From: Phaeosaccion multiseriatum
Lineage: Eukaryota; Protista; Ochrophyta, other classes
Reading direction: 5' to 3'
Length of the DNA stretch: 64,000 nt
NCBI GenBank assembly: GCA_965112735.1
Contig: OZ218955.1
Coordinates: forward strand, 2,666,001-2,730,000
In this document: one piece after another, positions 53,950 to 64,000 of the stretch
How positions within the stretch are numbered: position 1 is the first letter of the stretch
Layout of the letters: every line of letters begins with the position of its first letter
Made by a program: the position numbers and the translations under genes
Notes under the pieces: model-generated
What the model was told of the DNA's origin: nothing
Seen by the model: only the letters and a program-made list of their open reading frames with translations
Database searches by the model: none

Positions 53950-55841
53950 ATGAAGCTCACCAGTAGCACCACCACCCTGGTGGTCACCATGGCCGTGGCT
54001 GCTCTGGCCCCCAGCAGCGCCACCGGTGTCTTTGAGTGCTGTTCCGAGAGGTACAATGGCGACACGCCCATGTCGTGCTTCGTCGACCCTACTTGCAGCA
54101 TGGGTGGGGGACAGTTCGGTGGGCTCGGGTGCATGGCGGCGGGCGTGAAGGACTGCCGCTTTTGCGAGGTGCGATATAGCTATATTGGTTGAGGTTTTGC
54201 GCGCGGATACCATCCATGCGAAAATTTGGTGTATGTGTGGTATCTAGGATGGGATGGGATGGGATAATCGCCTCGATGGCGCGTCTCCCTCTGTATCCTT
54301 CCTCCCTCTCTCTCTCCTCCCTTCTGCCCTCCCCCCCCCGAAGCGCGGCGCCTCGCACTCATCTCTTCCCTCTCTTTCTTGTCTCAACAGTTCGGCGAGT
54401 TTGTAAATATTGCGTGCCCCAGCACTGGATCCGCACCTACCCCTACGCCTGTGGCCCCGGACACAACCCCCGTACCCGCCGCCACGGAGGCTCCCACGCC
54501 GGCGCCCACCATGGCACCAGTTGACCCCACACCTGCGCCCGTCGCTCCTGTGACGACTGCGCCCGTGGCTCCTGTGACGACTGCGCCCGTGGCCCCCGTC
54601 ACGACTGCGCCCGTCGCCCCCGTCACGACTGCGCCCGTGGCCCCCGTCACGACTGCGCCCGTGGCCCCCGTCACGACTGCGCCTGTGGTGCCGGATACCA
54701 CTGACCCTATCTTCGAGTGCTGTGACAGGGGCTACAACGGCGATCAGCCCATGCAATGCTTCATCGATCCTACTTGCAGCAACACCACTCCCCCTCCTTA
54801 CGGGGGACTCGGATGCAACGCTCAGGGAGTCAGGGACTGCCGCTTCTGCGAGGTACGCAACAGCTCTTAAATTGGTTTCGGGAAGCAAGCCTTTCTTCCT
54901 GCTCACGCTTCCCTTCTTTCTGTCCCTCATTTGTCACATCCCTTTTGCGTCACCAGTTCGGACTCTTCAAGGACATTCCCTGCCCGGGCGCTCCCTCTCC
55001 CACCCCCGTCCCTGTGGCTCCTGTCACGACTGCGCCCGTGGCCCCCGTCACGACTGCGCCTGTGGTGCCGGATACCACTGACCCTATCTTCGAGTGCTGT
55101 GACCGGGGCTACAACGGCGACCAGCCCATGCAATGCTTCATCGATCCTACTTGCAGCAACACCACTCCCCCTCCTTACGGGGGACTCGGATGCAACGCTC
55201 AGGGAGTCACGGACTGCCGCTTCTGCGAGGTACGCAACAGCTCTTAAATTGGTTTCGGGAAGCAAGCCTTCCGACATGCGTCACACACACAATGGTGACA
55301 GTGCCCTCTGACGCTTCGTCTCTCTTTTGCCTTCCCTTCGTCTCTTCTTTTCCCTCCCCTGTCTCTCGTCTGCCGGCCACACGCGCTCTTGCATCACCAG
55401 TTCGGAATCTTCAAGGACATTCCCTGCCCGGGCGCTCCCTCTCCCACCCCCGTCCCCGTGGCTCCCGTGACCCCCGTCCCTGTGGCGCCGGTGACCCCGC
55501 CCCCAGTGGCGCCCGACTCCCCCTCGTTCGAGTGCTGCGATGAGGCATACCTGGTGAGTTGGGCGAAGGGTGGTGGCTGGTGGCTGGAGAGTGCCTCTTT
55601 TGCTGCTGCTGCTGCTGCTACTACCTCTGCTACTCTCACTGCCACATACTACCCCTGTTGCTAACGCTTCACCGTCCCTTGTGTATCCCCCACCCACCAG
55701 GCCGACGGAACCGCCAAGCAGTGCTTTGTGGACCCTTCATGCGCCCGAGGCGGCCTGGGCTGCAACGCCGGCGGAGTCCAAAATTGCCGCCTCTGTGAGC
55801 ACAAGCAATACTCCGAGGTTGTGTGCGGCGGGGGTTATTAA
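53950..55841 (+). CDS. Secreted protein with four 8-Cys domains (CC..CFxDPTC..GGLGC..CRFC..C) separated by Pro/Thr-rich (APVTT)n linkers
   Basis: Signal peptide MKLTSS..VAALAPSSATG; phase-0 intron after CRFCE in each of the first three domains; stop TAA at 55839-55841. Confidence 0.85.
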
Positions 55842-57135
55842 GTAAGCATTAGATATGGCTTACATACATGCCTTCGGTTAGGAACCCTTGTCGCTTCCCT
55901 CTTTGCCCACAAGTAGAGTGAATCAAATAGAGAGCGAGAGCGACAAATTTTGTTGTGCGATGTGTGGCGGACTTTCCTGTTGAAAATCCTTTTGTTCTGG
56001 TGTTTGTTATGTGTGATGACGTGCGCGGACTTTGACTGTTGAAGATCCCTTCTGTTCTATATGTACCTAAAAAAGAAACTCTTGTGCATAGGGGGGCGTT
56101 CATTTGATGAGGCGGGGGGCGGGGGCATTTTCAAGACTCCACAGGCCTTGCTGCCTGCCTCCTGTGTGAGGGGCGGTGCGGCAGCAGGCGTCCGAGTTAA
56201 ACTAATTAATGAAGTTACATACACCTTGTGTGTGTGTTGTTCAATGGCGAGTCAGCTCCATTCCGTCAGTTTTTGGCGAGAGCCATCTGTTTTAGGTAGG
56301 GCTGCCTCCAAGCATAGCATCCCAAATGTCCTCTGTTGAAAAAGGGATGTAAGATCTTATATTATAAAATAATTATTAGTAGAAACATAGAAGAAGAAAG
56401 GAGGAAACTCATCGCTCCTCTTCTTTCTGTGAGACATTGCCCTCTGTGAGCCAGTGCCCCACAAGTGCCCCACTGCCATGGCGCCTACAATTGGTCGGCC
56501 TCCCCAGCAGCGGGCAGCGCTCCGAGGGTGCTGTGCTGCCTCACGTACTTGTCCGTCTCTCGAGGCAGGGGACATGCCATAGCACTGGCACTGTCCATAG
56601 CACTGGCACTGGTGCTGAGGGAGTCCCACATAAGCCGTCGCCCTGCGCGTGTCTGCGCATTCTCGAGTGAAGCGGTGGACCCTCTGCGGTGGAAGGATGG
56701 AGAGGGCGGGCCACGCACAGAGAGAAGACAGGGGGTGGGTAGGGGGGGGGGGGGGGGCAGCAACGGTTTAAGACGACGAAAAGGGGCAGGGGTGTGCGGC
56801 TAAGGCAAAGTCAAGTACGTAGGAGAGGGAGAGGAGAGAAGGGGAGAAGAGAGAGGAGAGGAGAGGAGGGGAAAGAGAAGAGAGGAAAGGAGGGGAAAGA
56901 GGAGAGAGGAGAGGGGAGGAGAGGAGGGGAAAGAGAAGAGAGGAGAGGCAAGGAGAGGAAAGGCCGGTGCTCGCTTGTCGCCCCTCGCAACGAACGAGCA
57001 CGAGTCAGGTACCCACTAGAATGCTGCCGCTGCCGCTACGCTCACGCCCGTCCGTCCTTTCGAAGCGACCCAAGTCAAAACAACAGAAACCCCTTCGTCA
57101 AGCCTTCCTCCCCCCTCCCCCCTCTCTCCGCACAC

Positions 57136-57663
57136 TTACACGCCTTCTCCTCCCACTAGGACGTGCGTGACAAAGGCTTGGCTGGGCCGCACTCCGTGTG
57201 TGCGCACGTAGTGTGCAAGGCCCTCCGGCCACACAAAGACACCGTCCGTCTGCGAGCAGCACCCCAGCTCCCTCGCCTCCGCGCCGCACTGGCCAAAGCG
57301 GCAGAAGGAATAGCCCAACTCCACCGACTCCACCAAACCCCAGCGGATATGCCGCAGCACGCGCCGCCCCTCCTCCCCTCGGGCCCACTCCCAATCCACA
57401 CAAGCCGTGGGGTGAGGGAGTCGCCCGTCTTCTTGTGAAGCAGGAGGAGGAGCAGGTCGACCTCCGTCCGTCCCCGAGCCTTCCCTCCCTTGCTCTGCTC
57501 CGCTGGCGCCCGCCTTCTTGTCTCCGATGTCGTGGTCCTTCTCCTTGCGCCAGAACCCGACTTCTATGAGAGGCCTGCGTGCTCCTGTTGCTGCCTGCGC
57601 AGCACTTGCTGATGCTGAAGTTTTCGCTGCTGGCACTTCCTCCCCGGCCTCCTCGATCGCCAT
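57136..57663 (-). CDS. Intronless 175-aa conserved hypothetical protein (LPHP..VD.EW / GYSFCRF..CG / TDGxFVWPEGLAHYV..H.VRP family)
   Basis: Single ORF with a non-repetitive globular C-terminal half; I recall this motif pattern from bacterial and giant-virus hypothetical proteins but could not verify it here. Confidence 0.75.
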   Translation of the reverse strand: MAIEEAGEEVPAAKTSASASAAQAATGARRPLIEVGFWRKEKDHDIGDKKAGASGAEQGREGSGTDGGRPAPPPASQEDGRLPHPTACVDWEWARGEEGRRVLRHIRWGLVESVELGYSFCRFGQCGAEARELGCCSQTDGVFVWPEGLAHYVRTHGVRPSQAFVTHVLVGGEGV

Positions 57664-57708
57664 ACGAGCTACTGATCAGCTCGACTCAAAGACCAATTAG
57701 AAGAAAAC

Positions 57709-57960
57709 TCAGAGGCCGATCCTGTCTTGCTGCTCCGCCTTCCGAACTTTCCTGGCCTTCGCCCGCGCCGCTTCGGTCAAGGCCTCTTCTTCGCCTTCGC
57801 CTTCTTCGCCCGAGGCACCACCCTGCAGCTGCAGGCGCTGCTTCGCTTGCTGCCGCAGCTGCTCTTTCTTTTTGAGGAGCGCCGCGTCCTTGACGAATCG
57901 CTCGTACTCCTCCACGTCCTCCGGCTTGAGCTCAATGCGGGTAGGGGCCTTGCGCAACAT
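57709..57960 (-). CDS. CDC26: Anaphase-promoting complex subunit CDC26 (APC12), 83 aa, intronless
   Basis: N-terminus MLRKAPTRIELKPEDVEEYE matches the CDC26 signature [20 protein letters not shown]; followed by a charged helical tail. Confidence 0.88.
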   Translation of the reverse strand: MLRKAPTRIELKPEDVEEYERFVKDAALLKKKEQLRQQAKQRLQLQGGASGEEGEGEEEALTEAARAKARKVRKAEQQDRIGL

Positions 57961-58186
57961 AATATCAACTTCGATGGGGATGGCGCCCTCTCCCTCTCCC
58001 TTCTTCTCCTTTCCTCTTTCCCTCTCTCCCTTTGCGCGGTGCAAGCTCAGACCGACAAACGGAAACTCGCACTTCCCGCCGTCGGACTTTCCGTTGTTGG
58101 CCTTATCGGTGGATGGATTCATAGACGCATCGGAAGCAGCAATAGAAAAAACAGAAGAGGCTGGGGCAAGTGATCGCTGCTGAGAC

Positions 58187-61100
58187 ATGAGCGACGCTCG
58201 GCAGCAGCACCTGGGCAACAGAAGAAAGAAGAGGCTCGCCCTAACGGGTGGTGGGAATCGAAGGGGCCTGGAGGAAAGTCTGCTTCCTTCGCCCTCGGGA
58301 GGAGGGTCTACCGCAACAGGGTCCAACAGGAGAAGCTTGCCACGGCGGTGCGGCAGTGTGCTCTTCAAGATCCTCGCTATCGTAGGCCTCATTGCAGTTC
58401 TTCGGGCTGTGGGTGAGACTCCTCCCAATGGTGAAGAAGGGAGAGCAGAGGGAGCTTCTTCAGCACCAGGGAGCGCCGCAGCTGTTGATGAAGGGCTCGT
58501 GGCTGGATTTTATGGTGTGAGTCAGAGACGCAGACGAGAGGGTTGCTTATTACAGGCGCCAGGGGGGCTTTGCTGAGGCTGAAGCAGCGGGAAAACTCTC
58601 TTCCTGACGAGCGAGATGCTCCCCACACCACGAGTGCAAGCCCCCCCCTCCCACCCTGCTACGCCATCCCTTCCTCTCCACACCGCCTTGCTCACTGTCA
58701 CCTTGCCTCTTTGCCTTCTTGCCTCTCCGTCCCCGTCCAAAGGCCATAGAGGGTGCAGGGCGCTTCCTCTCCGAGCTTGGCGGCCGCGGGCGGGAAAAGG
58801 CAGCCGCGGCAGCAGCGGCAGCAGCAGCAGGTGGCCCCGCACCTGCTGCGCGAGCGTCCACTTCTTCAAGCCGCGCAAAGCGCACAGGGAATTTAAGAGG
58901 CGCCATGGATAGAGACTCTTCCCCATTACCACCACCACAACCACCACCACAACCACCACCACAACCAGAGCAGACTGCGACAAGCACGATCGCCGCTCAG
59001 GCACCCACTCAGGCACCCAATCTGCTCATCGGCATGGCACAGGGGCTCACAGCTGATGAGCTGACAGTCTTCGCCGCCTCCTTTCGAGAGCGTGAGTACA
59101 GAGGAGTAGGCAGAGAAGTAGAGCGGCGCATCGGCCATTGCACGAGTGCTGAAATGGCACCGCCCTCCCTCTCTCCTCCTTTGCCCTCCTCCCCACGAGA
59201 CTCTGCGGACTCATCAACTCACGCACTCACTCACGCACTCACTCACGCACTCACTCACTCATTCACTCACTCACTCACTCACTTACTCACTCACTCACTC
59301 ACTCACTCACTCACTCACTCACTCACTCACTTACTCACTCACTCACTCACTCACTCACTCACTCACTCACTCACTCACTCACTCACTCACTCACTCACTC
59401 ACTCACTCACTCACTCACTCACTCACTCACTCACTCACTCACTCACTCACTTACTCACTCGCTCTTAGTGACCCACGTACAGTCACACACTCACCCACTA
59501 ACTCACTAGCTCACTCGCTCCTCCTCCTCCTCCTCCTCCTCCTCCTCCTCCTCCTCCTCCTCCTCCTCCTCCTCCTCCTCCTCCTCCTCCTCCTCCTCCT
59601 CCTCCTCCTCCTCCTCCTCCTCCTCCTCCTCCTCCTCCTCCTCCTCCTCCTCCTCCTCCTCCTCCTCCTCCTCCTCCTCCTCCTCCTCCTCCTCCTCCTC
59701 CTCCTCCTCCTCCTCCTCCTCCTCCTCCTCCTCCTCCTCCTCCTCCTCCTCCTCCTCCTCCTCCTCCTCCTCCTCCTCCTCCTCCTCCTCCTCCTCCTCC
59801 TCCTCCTCCTCCTCCTCCTCCTCCTCCTCCTCCTCCTCCTCCTCCTGCTCCTGCTCCTCCTCCTCCTCCTCCTCCTCTTCCAACCCCCCCTCCTCCTCCT
59901 CCTCCTCCTCCTCCTCCTCCTCCTCCTCCTCCTCCTCCTCCTCATCCTCCTTTTCCATGCAGACTCCCCCCTGAGTGAGTCCGACATAGTCCTCTTCCTG
60001 GACCACCCCATCTCCCCTCCGCACCAGGCCATTGTGTCGCGCTTTGGCGTCACGGCCCTCTCCATTGATCTTGCTGACTTAGAGCCGGCCTTCCTTAGGA
60101 GGTATAGCCCCGCCAGCACTCGTTGGGTCCTCATCCATCGCTTCCTTGAGCAGAGGGGCTCTCGCTACAGCAAGGTGAGGCGACGGATGGCAATGGATGG
60201 GGCAGGGGTGGTGGTGGAGAGGCGGGGGGGTGAGGGACAGGGGGAGAGGGGGGGATGAGGAGGGGGGCGCGCGCGCACGCACGTACACACGCACGCGGCA
60301 CGCACACAAACAAACAAACACACACACACACACACACACATACATACATACACACACACGTACATACACACACACACACATACACACACACATACACACA
60401 CATATACACCCACATACACACATACCTGGGTGAGGACGTAAGGTGCGAAGCATTGCTTCAGCTTACGTACCTACCTGCCTATATGCCTGCCCAATTCATA
60501 AACCTGCTCCTCTGCTACCCATAATACACGTGCCTGCCCATACACCTGCCTGCCCATACACCTTAGGTGCTGACTGTGGAGGTGCGCCACACGTACTTCC
60601 AGGCGGATCCCTTCGCCACCGTGGACCTTCTGCATCCCTCAGTGCACGCCTTCCTACACACAGGCACCATAGGTAGGGCTATGGCAGTGGATGGATGGCA
60701 GGGGATGGATGGCAGTGAACGGATGGCAGTGAACGGATGGCAGTGGATGGATGGCAGTGGATGGATGGCAGTGAACGGATGGCAGTGGATGGATGGCAGG
60801 GGATGGATGGAGGGCGATTGGCACTGGAGGGTGCCCCCCTCGAGGTCGATGGTGACGTGTTTGAGAGCGAAGGATCGAACACACACACACATGCAAACGC
60901 TCACACTCACTCACGTCCTTCCTCCCCTCCCTCCCTCCCCCCCATAGGCAAGAGTGCCGCAGCATCTGACTGGGTGGGGGATTGCTTCGGATCTGAGGTG
61001 CTCGCTTCGGTGTCCTCCAAGACGCTGAGCAGCCCTTCTGTGGTGATGGGCACTTCCCGCCTTATGGGGGGGTACGTTAGTGCCATGGCCGCCTTCCTAC

Positions 61101-62922
61101 TCTCAGAACAGTTTCAGAACTGTGAGAGACACGGCGTGGACCAGGTAAGGGTAACAGGAGTTGTAGCGGACCATTTATCGAGAAACCGTACCTTCATTCT
61201 ACATTCTACAGACATAAATAGCTCCCCTCCCCTCCCTTCTGCTTATGGCCTTACTCAGGGCCTGCACAACGTCCTTGTGCACACAGACACACTCGATGGG
61301 GTGGTGCTTGGCAGCCTCCAGGAGGGAATCGTCAACACCATGCAGGTCAGTAAGGCAGTGAGTTGGTGCCGCTCCGCTCACCAGACTGAACTGCCTGCCA
61401 ACTTGCCGATCTGCTTGCTTCACTCCCCGCGGGCCTTCTCTTCTCTGCTCTGCTCTCCTCTCCTCTCCTCCTCCTCCTCCTCCTCCTCCTCCTCCTCCTC
61501 CTCCTCCTCCTCCTCCTCCTCCTCCTCCTCCTCCTCCTCCTCCTCCTCCTCCTCCTCCTCCTCCTCCTCCTCCTCCTCCTCCTCCTCCTCCTCCTCCTCC
61601 TCCTCCTCCTCCTCCTCCTCCTCCTCCTCCTCCTCCTCCTCCTCCTCCTCCTCCTCCTCCTCCTCCTCCTCCTCCTCCTCCTCCTCCTCCTCCTCCTCCT
61701 CCTCCTCCTCCTCCTCCTCCTCCTCCTTCTCCTCACCTCACCTCCCCTCCCCCTCCCTTCCCGCCCCCTCCCCTCCCCTCCCACTCCCTGGTGACTACAA
61801 TTTGCTGTACATGTACTCGTACATAGGCCGGACAGTACAGCGTCAGTGGCACCACAGTGCTGAGCAAGCTTGACAGCAGTGGGGGCAGTGGTAAGCTGGT
61901 GATAGTAGCGCAGCAGTACGCTCGCGACGGGCCCCTCAGAGACAAACTCTTCACCAAGTACAAGGTGCGGCAGGAGGGGACGGGATAGTGTGACGCAGGG
62001 GTCAGGCATTGAACCCACGAGACGCGTGTGTCACTGCTGCGGCTTCTTCTTTCTACTCATCATCCTCTTGTTGTTCTTTCCCTCCTTCCTTCCTTCCTTC
62101 CTTCATTCCTTCCTTCCTTCCTTCCTTCTTTCCTTCCTTCCTTCCTTCCTTCCTTCCTTCCTTCCTTCCTTCCTTCCTTCCGCCCGCCCGTCCGTCCGTC
62201 CTTCGTTCCTCCCCATCTTGACCTGCTCAGGATGCACAGTACCGAACGGGGCCGCTCCTCCTCAAGGACCTCAACCAAGATCCGCTCAGGCGCCGCCCAC
62301 AAGGGCAGCAGCAGGGGGGGCAGTTGGTGATACAGCAGGGGCCGCTGAAGGGGTGCTCATCCGAATATGAGGTGGTGGAGGGCCACGATATCTTCAAAGG
62401 CCGCTGCGATATGGGAGTGGCCAGGTAGGGGGGGGGGAGGGGGGAGAGGGCAGTGGATGGAGGGAGGGAAGCACGAGAGTCACGCCCGTTACACCCTGTC
62501 CCTCTCTTTCTCGCTCGCTCGGTTGCTTTCCTTGGCTTTGCTGCGCGTCCTCTTGTTGTACTGCGCTGTGCTGTGCTGTGCTGTGCTTGCTTCGCCCCCC
62601 CCCCCCCCCCTGCCCTGCCTTACCCTTACCCTTGCCCTCACCCTCACCCTCACCTCTTCTTCTATCCCCTCCCCTCCCCCTCCCCCCCCCCAGTACGGCC
62701 TCTGCCTCAGAATGCTGCTCGAGCTGTGACTCCCAAGCTGCTTGCGCGGCCTTCACCTTCGCCCCGAGCCGCAAGGGTTCGGGTGGCACCTGCTACTTCA
62801 AAGACTGCGCCGATCCCGGCCCCAATGGCCTCAACCGTTTCAGCGGTTTCGATGCCCTTCCCGGTGGTGTATCGGCTTACAAGAGCAAGAGGGGCCCTGA
62901 TATCATGGCAGTGGCGTCCTGA
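58187..62922 (+). CDS. Type II membrane glycosyltransferase-like protein with C-terminal PAN/apple domain, multi-exon
   Basis: TM anchor [14 protein letters not shown]; [32 protein letters not shown]|[20 protein letters not shown]|GLHNVLVH; PAN motif [23 protein letters not shown]. Confidence 0.65.
59215..59520. repeat. (ACTC)n tetranucleotide tract
   Basis: Long TCAC array in an intron; same motif at 32770-32866, 50550-50757, 47219-47270. Confidence 0.95.
59519..59950. repeat. (CCT)n tract, intronic
   Basis: About 430 bp of near-pure CCT ending just before a CAG acceptor. Confidence 0.95.
60681..60811. repeat. (ATGGCAGTGG/ATGG)n intronic minisatellite
   Basis: Repeated atggcagtg(g/a)a(t/c)gg units; related arrays at 2274-2341 and 22891-23027. 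Confidence 0.85.
61465..61726. repeat. (CCT)n tract, intronic
   Basis: About 260 bp of pure CCT. Confidence 0.95.
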
Positions 62923-63798
62923 CACCAATTGTTGGGTGGAGGCCTCACAAGGGGTATGATGATAACACATTCGAAGGAGCCACTCGCGGTCAGGTGACGG
63001 AACACACACACACACACACGCGCACACACGCACACACACACACACACACACACACGCATATATATACACATACACACATACACCTCAAGTCATGAGCAGG
63101 GAAGGAAGGCTTCAAGTAAGGCTGGGTGATGTGGCCGTGGTCGATGAGTGATAAGTCAGCGAGTCCCTCCCCCGGTGCACCCCTCCCCCGTCGGTCCGTT
63201 CGGCGGGCCCATGCCCCCCTCGCTCTCTGCTCTCTGCTCTCTCTCTCTCTCTCTCTCTTGCTCTGTGGGGGGGGTGGAGGGAACTCCTGCCGGCGAGGCA
63301 ACGAACCCGTGGTGCGACTGACTGTATGCACGTGTTGGTGATATGTTACCTTACGTCAACCTTGCGATCTCTTTCGTACCGGTAGCAGCCTACTCAAGGA
63401 GTAGGGGAGGGGGGTTTCCGCATGCTGCAGGCCATAGAACTGGACTTGATGACTTGATGAGGGTTGCAGGAGCCAACGAGGCCGGCGTTCGACTTGTCTT
63501 AACGAGGACAACGCGATGAGCATGTCCAAACTCGCCAAACGTTTGGGGTCGTCTGTTAGGTCGGTGATTACTGTGAAGTGAGTATTATAACAAGAGTAAA
63601 CTATTTGAGTCTAGTTGTGTACCAAAGAAAGAAAGAAAGAAAGAAAGAAGGATGTCTTCCTTTTAAGGCGACAACCCTAAGTTACTTGAGAGAGCACAGG
63701 GATCGGAGAGAGACTGCAACGAATAAGGCAACGAATTAGAGTACATAAGGCATTATGAGCAGTGTCGTCCGTCTCTGGACAGCCCCGCCACGCTTATC

Positions 63799-63846
63799 TC
63801 AATGAAGCATCTCATGTCAATGAAGCATCTCATGTCAATGAAGCAC
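63799..63846. repeat. 18-bp tandem repeat (TCAATGAAGCATCTCATG), about 2.6 copies
   Basis: Seen directly in AT-rich intergenic sequence. Confidence 0.8.
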
Positions 63847-64000
63847 ATAGGCCCCTCTTTCGCCTCTTTCGCAGAGGAGAGGAGAGGAGAGGCGCTTCTA
63901 AGCCTGCTCTACATAGTGAAAAAGACAATACTCCACACTGGGATGCTAATCACAACTGCTGTATGCAACTGTGTATCACCAACTGCTGTAAGAAGTACCC

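Noticed and set aside
57709-58428. 239-aa N-terminally extended CDC26 ORF
   Set aside because: CDC26 function needs the MLR.. motif at the extreme N-terminus. The extension starts at a non-ATG codon and overlaps the opposite-strand gene start.
59146-62018. Long poly-Leu, poly-Glu, poly-Arg and poly-Ser ORFs
   Set aside because: They are intronic (CCT)n and (ACTC)n microsatellites that lack stop codons.
62990-63540. Possible short minus-strand gene fragments
   Set aside because: No ATG-initiated, recognisable or consistently spliceable model.

Overview
Eukaryotic, GC-rich, intron-dense genomic DNA with microsatellite-filled introns. It is probably from a flagellated stramenopile/ochrophyte; this is inferred from GAS8/DRC4, a CryptonS-like element and GGLGC/CRFC Cys-rich domains. 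Most long ORFs in the track are microsatellite artefacts, so spliced genes were reconstructed by eye and exon limits are approximate. Genes in order: AAAP/SLC36-type amino-acid transporter (-); a 3.7-kb tyrosine-recombinase (Crypton-like) transposon; CDF/MTP zinc transporter (+); NT-C2 protein (-); (6-4) photolyase/cryptochrome (+); a prominin-like membrane protein (+) whose first intron holds a partly inverted array of symmetric mucin-like exons; ferric reductase/NOX-like flavocytochrome (-); TRP/FLC-like membrane protein (-); small membrane protein (-); GAS8 (+); mercaptopyruvate sulfurtransferase (-); secreted Cys-rich repeat protein (+); an intronless WPEGLAHYV-family ORF 45 nt downstream of CDC26 (-); and a glycosyltransferase-like protein with a PAN/apple domain (+). 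Best leads: (1) the Crypton is bracketed by exact 63-bp direct repeats with internal inverted arms and appears to carry a C-terminal PHD finger; (2) an exon array that may be invertible, with breakpoints at one fixed position in the repeat unit; (3) a candidate CDC26 bicistronic transcript with a partner other than TTM3; (4) a dispersed GTTGGTGATA motif with 11 exact copies.
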